A stretch of DNA of 64,000 bases from Adineta vaga (taxonomy: Eukaryota > Animalia > Rotifera): the NCBI GenBank assembly GCA_021613535.1, contig CP075492.1, positions 8,680,001 to 8,744,000 on the forward strand, read 5' to 3'. The position numbers were made by a program, and so were the translations under genes. The notes under the pieces were generated by a model. The model was not told the origin of the DNA. It did no database searches and saw only the letters and a program-made list of their open reading frames with translations. Positions 42,809 to 53,927 of the stretch are shown here, piece after piece (within the stretch, counting starts at the first letter, position 1; each line of letters opens with the position of its first letter).

Positions 42809-43063
42809 CAGGGGTTTTTCGATAGGAAGGTTGTTGGGGCCACGACACCCCTAGACTTTGAAATTTCTCTCTTTTGCTCGACGTTTCACGAACATTTTTC
42901 AAACGTTTCTTACATATACTTCAAAATTTTATGAAAATTCAAAAAGACCTAAAAAAATATTGAAAAGTTTCCAAGAAAACTCGCATATTTTCTAAATGTT
43001 CGAGAAATTACACAAAATTTATCAATGCTCCCTCCTCAATCTTTTACGCTCCGGGATACCCTG
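42809..43063. mobile_element. Putative hAT-like MITE relic
   Basis: Ends CAGGGGT... and ...ACCCTG form short inverted termini around an AT-rich interior; no intact target-site duplication is visible. Confidence 0.4.
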
Positions 43064-43499
43064 TTTAAACGACTATTTAACTAACGATTTAACAAGATGT
43101 ACTTATCCATGTCCAGGAATTTGAATTCGGCATTTTATTTAATGAGATTTTATTAGAAATAACAAGACGGAACTAGATAAGGCTACAACTAACTGAGCTT
43201 TTAAAGAGTAAGAGATATAAAGAAAAGATTTGTGCTTCCATCTAACAGAACTAATCTTCAACTTTTTCAGATGATACCACTAGACATGCTTCAAACCTAA
43301 ACTGTTTGAGTATGTTATTTACATTTCTGTGTGTTCTAAATACGTAAATCTTCGAAATCTGACGTCCGCTGTACCCACACGTAAATCCAAACTCAGAATG
43401 ACAGTAGAGAGTATTCGAGCTTCATTCGAGTACGAAATGCGATTCGAAACGGGAAGAAAGACGGTTCTGGGATAGCTAATATAGATTTTTAAGAATAAT

Positions 43500-43657
43500 T
43501 GAACGTTTTTAGCTTTTACTATTCATCATTACATGCTCTCTCAGCTGCAAAATGTTTGTTGTACTAAATTCACGCCTAACTCTTCTTCTTCAAAATTTGA
43601 TTCTAATTATCTCAAAAGCTTCAAAGTCAAGATCGTTTTTTTTCGAGGCATCCTGTA
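43500..43657. mobile_element. One end of a Tc1/mariner-type element
   Basis: TTTTTTCGAGGCATCCTG followed by TA (reverse complement TA-CAGGATGCCTCGAAAAAA) resembles TA-CAGGGTG... termini; no partner end was found. Confidence 0.4.
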
Positions 43658-43865
43658 TACGGACCAAACTTCATGATTGAATTCGGATGACAAATATTCT
43701 TAGTTGAGTCTCGTTATTTCTCGTATGGTGTTTCAATTGCTTTTTGTGAGCTACAGTTCGTAAGATCATCGTGTCTCAAAATAACAACTTTAAGTGCGTA
43801 TGTCGAGAAAGGAAAAAATGAAGAAAGAAAAAAAGAAAATTAGTGATCATCCTCATGAACGCTTA

Positions 43866-44509
43866 ATGCTTCGCATCGCATTAAAAAAGACACTCGCGCG
43901 GAAGGTATCTTCCCATTTCATCGGCACGTCCTTAATTCGTCCATTTTTATCGACATACTCTTACTGAATATTTTATAGTCGTCTAAAATAATTTCACTTG
44001 AGAGAAGGAATAAAATAAGAAATGACAATAGCATTAAACTTTTCAAACGTATTATGATATTCAATGGAAAGGCCAGAGAGACACGTCCTATTAGTGGACA
44101 TGACTATTTTTTGTGCATAAGAATAGTCAAACAGAAAACAACAAAATAAAGATCGGTTCGTTGTTTGAGAATGCATATATATATAGACCTGCTTTCTATA
44201 CAATGAATCATTTCGATAAAAATGTTCACAGTCGTGTAAACAACGGAGGGAAAACAATACGTGATTCGAAATGAACGAATTCTTAATTTAATAAACCGAT
44301 ATAATGAAGGTTCATGGTCGCTAGATGCGTATTTCATTAAAACTAGTAAAACAATCGATAAAAAGTCTCAATGATGTTCTTTTTTCTCTTCTTATTTACT
44401 CTTCATAAATAGAGAATGTCGATGAAATGACACTGAACCCGCACGGAACTACATAAATACCTATGCTTATCACATCACATTGCATTTAGTATGCTTCGCA
44501 TCGTATTAA
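43866..44509. repeat. Two direct copies of ATGCTTCGCATCG(C/T)ATTAA (43866-43884 and 44491-44509)
   Basis: 18/19 identical; each contains the hairpin ATGC-TTC-GCAT (GCGAAGC on the minus strand). Confidence 0.7.
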
Positions 44510-44684
44510 ATAAAAATGAATCAGAGTTACCGTATCCATAATTTCAATATCTCTAGTAAATCTGTTTTCAAACTCAATATCGAAACTCACATTCCTCAAC
44601 AGATTGGATTTAGTGTATGTTGAAATATCACGATTGCACTTTTAGGAAATAACGAAGTTTAACGATTACCAGAGTACTCAAAAA

Positions 44685-45198
44685 TCAAGAGTTTATACAT
44701 CTTATATATGCCATGCCGAAGTTTAACTCCGACAAACAAATTTTGTCGAAGTTAATGTTAATGATATAAAATTAGTTTTTGCTGCTGAAAACCCTTCAAA
44801 ACTGTTTTATATTACATTTTCAAAATCATGTTTTACGATTAAAATATTAAAATTCACTTTTAAATATTCTGATCAACATGTATATATTCAAAAACTCGAG
44901 AATACATATATTTTCTTAATCAAAATTATTCATAGATTATAATCCTATTGATGCCGAGAGCAAGTTGTCGCATCCTGTGATCAGTAAGTACGAGTCGGGT
45001 AAACACTTTTCTAAAACTCTGTACATTTGTTAAAACATTTAAAAGTGAATTTTAATATTTTAATCGTGAAAAATGATTTTGAAAATGTAATATAAAACAG
45101 TTTTGAAGGGTTTTTGCAGCAAAAACTAATTTTATATCATTAACATTAACTTCGACAAAATTTGTTTGTTGGAGTTAAACTTCGGCACGGCATAAATA
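44685..45198. mobile_element. Non-autonomous fold-back element (about 500 bp) with about 165-bp inverted arms; Helentron/HINE-like ends
   Basis: 44703-about 44870 is the near-perfect reverse complement of about 45035-45198. An imperfect palindrome AAGAGTTTATACATCTT (44687-44703) lies outside one arm only. Confidence 0.85.
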
Positions 45199-45644
45199 TA
45201 TATACGATTGAACGTGTAGTAAGCTGTCTTCATTTTCTCTTGACAAATATAAGTGCCTCAAAGAATTTTGTAGTTATCTGTATATTTCACACGACTGCAA
45301 TCGAACAAATATATAGAATATACATAGATCTGATTTTAGAAAACAGCTTTGTCTCACTTTTGAGGCATAGCTTCTTGATTTCAATACTTAATTACTTCCG
45401 AATCCGTCACTCATATGACGACAGATGGTTTTATTTTGATACATTCTATCATGCAGACATGTATTTATATGACGTCATTCACATAGGTGAATACACTGAA
45501 TCAAGTATCAAAGAAAGAAAAAAACATCATAACCTAAAAATACATGCATACAAGACTATATAAATTCGGTCTTTTAACTTGCACAACAAGACAGTATACA
45601 ATTTGTATACATCTGATATCGTAATATTTTCTTCCAAGTTGTTC

Positions 45645-46342
45645 ATGACAGTACCAAATGCAAATCCTTTCCTGTTATCAATATCAGCTAATGAAGATAG
45701 ATGTGTACCAACAAGTAATTCTCAACCATTAAATTTATTTCTTCTTACATTTGATAAATTCAATTGAAGTTGTTTGTTTGTTTATGTACATAATACATGA
45801 ATATTCTATTACATTTAGAGAGAACAATTTCAAGACTAACTGGTCAACCAAAAGAAATCAATGGACATATTGATGGTAAGTTAAAATGATTCCATTTGAT
45901 ATTTAAGAACGTCTTTTCTTTTTTTTAAAGAGCCGTGGACTCCTAATCGATCACTTGAGCATAGAAGATCGAATATAAATCAAAACGAGATTGAAAATCT
46001 ACTGTTTTTACATTCATCGTCAGTTCAAAGTAAGATTGTTGATACTTGATTCCGAAGTCTATATTGTGATTTGTTATCATATATTTAGTACAATATGAAC
46101 TGTTCAGTTCTTCTTTACAAGATTATGAAAGTCAGATCAGTCATCTTGTTTACCAAGCAACTGAAACTAGTATTAGTCTTCCAAGTATGTTATTTTCCTG
46201 TTGAAGTCAAAGTATATCTCATTTTTTTTCTATTTTAGTTATTCAAACTGTTAAACGATCAATTTCAGCAGTAGATGCGCAATCATGCAATGATCAATCA
46301 ATAATGAGAAAAAGCAAACGTCATCGAACAACTTCTTCATAA
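45645..46342 (+). CDS. Orphan gene D, 5 exons, all introns phase 1; basic C-terminus (RKSKRHR)
   Basis: Exons 45645-45714, 45819-45875, 45931-46029, 46089-46184 and 46239-46342 splice into one ORF. Confidence 0.72.
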
Positions 46343-47145
46343 ATTAGCATAGTTTAATAATAAAATAATTCTAGTAGTAAATAATGTGTTGTTACACTTC
46401 GAGTCTTCTCGAAAAACATCGACTAATGAAGAATGTGAATTTCATTGATGACTGAGGCAATGGTTGCATGTATCATCAGATTTTGTGTGCTTGTGTTGAC
46501 TATTCATAATGAAAATTAAAAGTCAAAATGGGAACATTCTACTGGACTTACCTGTAGACTGCAAAGTATGTCTAGTGACGTCAGTTTACCTTTATATATG
46601 TATAGAATAAATGATGACTGAAGTATACGATATTATTCTTCAGAATTAGAAATTAATAAGAAACGCTCTGTATTTTCCAGTATTAAAGATTCTCTCGGAT
46701 TTAATTGAACATCAAAGACTTTCTAGGAGACGTACTTTTTTACAAATTTTTGACCAAAGACATATATACAAGTACGATATGTCAATCAGTATGTCGAAAA
46801 CTCTTTCAACGAGATAGAATTGTTTCTATTTTTCCTAGGTACGATAAATTACATTGATCTCATTGAATATTTGCAAGATGTCTAATTGTTGGTAATGGGT
46901 GAAAGAAACATATGTCATTTAGTTCAATCAGAAAGCATAAATCGTTCAGTAATAAAAAAATCAGAGTTCATCGTAGGACCAATTACATCAGCATGAATGA
47001 ATAGCAAACGGTTCCATGATGTCCTATATCAAGGTTCATAGAAAACCATTACTTCTGCTTTATTTATTATGGAGCAAAAAAGATTCATTTCATTGATGAA
47101 AGAGGAAAGAATTTACTTTGAATGAATAAATAAATGAGAAAGTAT

Positions 47146-48210
47146 TTAATATTCAACTGATTCACTAGAATGGTGCTGACGATGATATGAATGCGAACCT
47201 ATCGAAAGAAAGAAAAATAATTGAATTCTTTCTATTTTTCAAACAAAATGCATAATTATATACGTACGACGAAGATGTACCAAAGTTTTTGTTAACAAAC
47301 GAATCAATTTTGAATCTGTGAATAGTAGTTATAAGTTTTGTTTGCTTAGAAAACAAAAATGTGTCAGTGAAACTTACAATTTTCATTTGGTTTTGAATGA
47401 CGAGCATGTAAATTACATGGAAGTGGCCGTTCCTCGTTTTCTTCACTACTATGATGATTCTGTCCGTTTTTTCTTTCTTCGGCAGATGATGATGATGATG
47501 ATGATGATGATTTGTGATTTCTTGGTTTCTTGGCAAGTTTCTTTGGTTTAGTAGTGGTTTTTGATTGTTTCGTTTCAACTGGAGCTTTAGTAGTGGCTGG
47601 AGCACAACGATCGCAACATTCACCAGCGGTTACATTTGCTGGAATGAGATGAGTTCCGCACTTAAATTTAGGACATTCACTAGTATTGCATTTGGGATCA
47701 TCTATACGAGAAGAGAAATCTTTGCTTTAATCAATTTTTGAATCTTATAAAGTGTAACTCACTAATACATCGTTGACAACAAATTCCTTGACTTGGAATG
47801 GCTGGTAAACTATTTTCACAATAGATCATAGGACACATCATGCGTGCACATAAATCTACTAATAATATTTGTTAATTTAACAAAAAAATGGATAAGAAAA
47901 ATCACTCACCTAATTTTTCTTTAGTTTCTGTATCATTATTAGATGTCTTTTCTTCTTTTTTTGATGGATTATTGTCAGTGCTTGCTGCCGTGAGTGTCTT
48001 TCGTCGTTCCTCTAGCAAAATTTTTGGAGAAATTGCATCTTTATTTCCCTCTACTGTTACAGGTTTGGGTTTAGATGCAATTACTCCGACGGGAAGAATA
48101 GGTGCTTCAGGCTTTACATCGGTTTTCTCCATCGCTGCATTCACGTTAACAGTGTTATTTTTACACCAACAACCGAGAAGAACAATAATGACAAGAGAAT
48201 ATTTCATCAT
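47146..48210 (-). CDS. Secreted protein with two CxxxxCPxxxC...CCxxC modules and Lys/Thr/Ser-rich linkers (5 exons)
   Basis: Signal peptide MMKYSLVIIVLLGCWC; modules LCARMMCPMIYCEN...ICCQRC and KCNTSECPKFKC...ECCDRC; poly-Ser tract from (GAT)n at about 47485-47510; all four modelled introns are phase 1. Confidence 0.75.
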
Positions 48211-48464
48211 TCTCTGTTTTTCTGTTTTTGAATAATATAGCAGCAGCAATCTTTTTTCGCTTGTTCATATATGGGTTTTCTTCTCTTTATTTCACGCCTA
48301 CAAAAGCACAAATGGTGCCCATCCCATTTCATTTTCTTTTTTTTTATCACATGATCGTAAAACGAAAATGCGTCAATGTGACATATGCATCAAATGTGAA
48401 TATTTTATTTTTGTTCTTACAGTACAATTTTATCATATGATAAGGAGAAAAAATAAATAAACGT

Positions 48465-50041
48465 TTAAAAATGTTGTATGGCTGGTTTTTCATCATGATG
48501 AATTGATGACGTAGAAACAGGAACAATGATTTTTTCATTATCATTTGATTGTTCATCATGATGTGGGAGTGCTGATGAGAGTGGAACAAAGAAAGCACTA
48601 TTACCAAGATTTTGACCTATTTGACGAACCGTTGTTTGAACTTGTTGAGTTTGAACAGTTTGTGTAACAGTTTCTTCTTCACCTGAACCGGCATGTGTTG
48701 GATCATGATGAGATTCAATTGGCATTAAATTATTAAGAGTTGAAGAAGAAGATATTGATGGTGAATGAGACGTCAGAAGATGACGTGGAAGGTAAGTTGA
48801 TGTTAAAATATCATCGTAAGGATCACTATTTCTTGCACTTGCCTTTTGTAAACGAATAAGATCTTTGACTTCAAATTCGACTTCATCAATACCAGCTGTT
48901 TTGTAATCATCTTCATCTTCATCATCGATTGGTAAAAGAACTACAATACACAAGAAAAGAAGAACTTCTATGAACAGTAATAGACAAAACTAACTTTCTT
49001 TTTTCGGTGTAAATACTCGAATGGTTTCATAGATTGATTCTGAATCATGTCCACTCATTTCACTTGTAGTAGAATCATCATCCGAATCATCAGATCCATT
49101 TCCGCCTAACTTTCGATTTTTATCTGTTGGCGGTGGTTCATGAGTAAGTATATCGGGTGGTTTTTCATATTTAACTTCTTGTTTACTGATCGATGGATCA
49201 TTCTTTACAATTTCTGCTGCAGCTTGTTTGAGTTTTTGATCATTTAAATCTTCTTTTGCATTGACATTCTCCCAATCTATAATACAAAGAAGAGGAAAAG
49301 CTGATTAAGACAATTTTTATAAAATAAATCTCACTTGGATTATCAGTAATTCGTTCTGCTGCCATATTAATTGTTGTTACAGTTGGTGCTGGAAGTCTTT
49401 GAACTTCTGGATCATGTGTACGTTCGATTGATTGAACTTTTGGATCACTTTGCATGAAATAATTCTGTTCTTCATTAATATAATAATTCTTCGTAATATT
49501 TCGATGAATATTTGTTTCAACATTTTCAACCACTCCTTCTGTACTAGGATCAAATGTGTTAATCATTCCTGATGTTACATACGGCATTGCACCACCATAT
49601 ATACCATCACTAACTGCATAAGGAACAGGTGGTAAAGGTGCTGTAGCAAAATGCTCTCTCATAACATACGCACCTTGTCGACCATTGGCATTACCAAAAC
49701 CAAAGACTCGTTTACGTAATGACATACGCTTAAAAAAAAAGGAAAATAAATGTTTTCTTTCGAAAAACAAATTTAAACAAAATCAATTACATCAGTTGCA
49801 TATTGACGATGTCTCCACCATTTACAACAATAACGTAATAAATACAAAAGTAATAATAACCAACAACATAGTAATGCTAATAGAGCCCAAATAGCTAATG
49901 CTGCATTCAGCCACCAAGGATAAGGACTATGGGAAAGAAGATGTTCATAGATATAAGAAAAGAAGATTTTACTTACGTTGTGACACCAGTGTAAGAGGGT
50001 AATGGAAGTAAACCTTGGTCGGGTGTTACAATATTACCCAT
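48465..50041 (-). CDS. Single-pass membrane orphan protein with a long disordered tail
   Basis: MGNIVTP... exon, then a TM exon WWLNAALAIWALLALLCWLLLLLYLLRYCCKWWR, followed by open exons (ORFs 49240-49770 and 48465-48953) with GT-AG introns. Confidence 0.75.
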
Positions 50042-50396
50042 GATCTGTATGAAATGACCTTCTAATCGATCTATATGAATGACTATCATGTTCTTTCTCC
50101 TCCGCTTTTTATCCTCTCTTCTCTTTCTTTCTATAGAATTATTCTTATACACGCATATCAAATCGTTCTTTGATTTCATAATGAAGAATTAATATTCCTA
50201 TTATTTTGTTCTATGCGTAGCTTTACGAAGAGAATTAAAAATTATTTAGTGATTCATCTATATTAATACAATTAAAATTTTTTTTTTAAATAAAATTGTA
50301 TCTATTATTCAATTGAGAAGAAAAAAAACAACATCTTGAATATTGAATTGACACTAATTTATCACTAGATGAAGACGATCAACGATTTTGTACAGC

Positions 50397-51579
50397 TTAA
50401 TATCCACGTTTATTATACAATAAAGCTGGATCTTCTTCAACAACTCGGCATGCAGAGACGACTTCACCATTTCGATGTTGTTCATTTGGATAAGTAGTAC
50501 ATGGTATCGAAGTTGAACACGGATCGAAATCTCGACAATAAGATCGTTCATATGGAAATAATGAAATACCATTTCGAGAAAGCGCAATATTAATATGACG
50601 AATATCATCGAGTGTAAACGTTCCCACAGCTCGGGAAGGATAATCGGGATAATGATGACTACTAGAAGAACGGGGAATAGGACGAGATGAAGATGATGAT
50701 GATGGTACACATGGATCATAATCGTATTCATTGGTAAAGGTAGATGATGGAACATCTTGTCGAGTTATTTGACTGACAATACCTGTATGACGTCGTTCAC
50801 GCTCCAAACATTCACGTAGACAATGTTCGAATTGTGAAAAAGTACCGGTACCCAAATAAGAAACAGGTCCGCCATGAGACGCAACTTTTTCAAATGTACT
50901 TTCTCGTTCACTTGGTATGCCTGACTGTGGAGTAAATCTTGGTGGTGTTGGTCGATTTGCTACAGTATCTCCTTCATTAATTCGCACACTTGGTCCTGGC
51001 GGTGTCGGTTTTGATGCTGAATTTGTTGTTGGTGATTCATTAGTAATACGTTTTGCATAACTATTCTGTTGATCTGGTGTAACACGACGTAGAGCTGGTT
51101 TTGGAAAAGTTCGATCACTAGATATATCTAATCTACCCAGACCACCGATAGTTGGTCTTGAAGTTGTTTCATAACGTCCATTACTTTGTCCTGAGGTATT
51201 GACAGTTGTTCCCTTTGTTGATGGCTGAGATGTAGACGATGCAGGAGGTACAAGAGGAGTAGGTGGTGTTGGTAGTACTTGGTCTAAAAAGTATTCAAAA
51301 AAATGACATATATTTCTATTTCATAAAAGATAAATTAAGCCTACTTGAAGGACCTATTGGTTTTGAATAGACATAATCATTTTTTGATCGATTTGGAAAA
51401 CGATGTCTTAGTGCAGATATATATTGGTCCTGGGCTGGAAGAGGTGGTCCATCATTTCTTGGTTGTTCCTCGAGATCGTTCGATGGTTCTTCATACTCAT
51501 TATCATCTCGTTCATCACGATACGAACCGTTTGGTGATGTTGTTGGCGAACGTATTGATCGTCGTTCGTCGCCTAACAT
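50397..51579 (-). CDS. Orphan Pro/Ser/Arg-rich protein (2 exons)
   Basis: ATG 51579, intron at about 51344-51284, long open second exon to stop 50397; no known domain. Confidence 0.72.
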
Positions 51580-52093
51580 CGATGACAATCACAAGAGTAA
51601 CGTAGATTTTACGTTGATGTTAATACGACGTAATAAAAGACGAAAAACCTTGAGAATAACAAAAGCTTTGTTCTCTATTTATCTCTTGTTTCTTCTTGGA
51701 TTTTTCTCTTCACCTAAAATTAACATATATAAAATAGTATTGTCTCGCAATCGATTGTAACGTCCCTGTATGATTTGGAGTAGAATGATGATAGTGTACA
51801 CATTTGCTCCGAAAAGAACGACCATGAAGTAAGTGAGCAATGAAAGCAAAATGATTGATACGCATCATAGCATTTTTGTTTCTTTCTTTCGTTTTTTTGC
51901 AATATCAACATTACTTTGATGACTACTTCAAAATATCGTCCTTCATTCTTGTTAAGAAATAACATCTGTAACATGAAGATTAGTCATCTATTTGTCAATG
52001 TATATATTTTTTTTCTTTAACTAATGTAGAGAAAAAAATCAACCAAAAACGAAGATATCATAAGTATTATTTTGACGAAAATATTTTTTTTTA

Positions 52094-53388
52094 TTAATAT
52101 TTTCTCATTACTTCGCGTATCCAATTAATATCGGCTGATACTGATGCAAATGCATTATTATGATTAACTTTCTGTGAACATTCATCAAGACCATAACTTG
52201 CTACACCAAATACATGCCATTTCCATACTGTTTGATTTCTATTCGAATGAAGACCAGCACGTACTAACAGACCAGTACCGGAATCTCCACTACAAATATT
52301 ATTTCCACGTTCATTTCTTCCACATATATGAAGATTTTTATCGATCATTAAATTTGCACAAGATCGTGGTGATATACGAAGTTTTGCTTTACGTGGTCTA
52401 TTCACTGCCGAAGAAGTCGGTGATGAATGACCCCAACCAGCAGTATATGCTAATGTACCATCATTTAATTTATCGGTTGTTTCTGGTAAACATGCCGTAT
52501 TTATTGATGATGATAATGGTACTGGTTGCGCTAATTTAATTAATGCAATATCATGAATAGGTGCAGGTGATATTCGACTAATGCGAAATTTTGGATGAAT
52601 TATATATAAAACTGGTTGTCGAACATATTCTTTACGACTAGTTCTTGAACGATCATAATGTCCCATATAGAGATTGATTCCTTCCGCTGGATAAAGACGA
52701 TTTGTTTTACTATCGAACATACAATGAGCAGCAGTTAAAATCCATTGTGGATGAATCAATGTACCACCACAAAGTGTGACAGTACGAGCATAAATACTTG
52801 CACGATTTTCAATTCGAACCTTAAATATAGTTTAAATATATATTATTTACACATAGATTAATACTTACAAGCCATGGATATTCTGCAGGACGTAGAGTAT
52901 CTTTAACACCGGTACTAATTTTTAATTGTAAAGCTTTATTCATGATTGTAGGAGTACTTTTCATTTGTCCACATTGACTAAAATCATAATGTTGAGTTGG
53001 TAGATTTTCTTCTTCAGGATCAGTACTATTTATTATTGAAATACAATGGTATCCTCCACATGGTTCAACAATCATTCGTCGTCCATTTTCAATTGTTTGA
53101 AAACTAAAGCAATTTCGGCATATGGGTATTACCTAAAAAGAAAGAATTCAAGTGCCCAAGAAAGAATCAAAGAAATGTTCTACTTTTTTTTCTTGAGGTA
53201 AAGAATATTGAAAAGGTACATGAATAACTCGTCGAGATCCATCTGGTAATGGTACAACCACTGACCATGTTGGTCCACTTGCAATCTGTTCGAAGAAAAG
53301 AAATCTTTATTGAAATAACATTGATATTCGATTGACTTACACAGCATTTAATAAATATTATGAATAGAAAATGTCTCATCATTTTCAT
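52094..53388 (-). CDS. Secreted S1 (chymotrypsin-fold) serine protease with Cys-rich pro-domain (4 exons)
   Basis: Signal peptide; EYPWL, LCGGTLIHPQWILTAAHC (His), HDIALIKL (Asp), CSGDSGTG (Ser), GVASYG. Confidence 0.92.
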
Positions 53389-53927
53389 ATCGGCGCGTGT
53401 GAATGTGAAGTATTTTTATACAAGAAAGGAAAAGAAGATCTATTCTATGAGTTTCTCACATTCCAACCTACACGTCAGCTTTATTCAAAAAAAAAAGGAA
53501 GGGAACGAGAAACATGTCTGTTTCAGACGTAATTCAATGCGTGTCTTGTTTTTCAATTAAAAAAAACTGAAAATGTTCTTGATATCAAACGGCAAAACAA
53601 TAGAGAATATGGCCTTCACAGCAACACATGTAAATTAAAATCAACTGTTCGATCTAGTCAAGAAAGAAAGCAAAATTCTTGTTAATCTCAGTCGTCTAAG
53701 CTTGGATTGTCGCTGATAATTGTTGGTGAAATTTTCTTCGTCGGAAGTATTATGTCAGTTATAGTTCATGACATTATATTAAATAAAAAGACACAAACGA
53801 GAGTAATTAGGATCAAAGTATCGGCTAAAGCAACTTTTTCTTGCTACATAATATCCAAACACATGGATTTCATATTTATTAAGTAAATGAAGACAAACAA
53901 GTGTAGAAAAAAAAAGAGAATTAAATA

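Noticed and set aside
50020-50041. MGNIVT N-myristoylation motif in the membrane orphan
   Set aside because: Basic residues follow the TM segment, implying a luminal N-terminus, so the motif may be coincidental.
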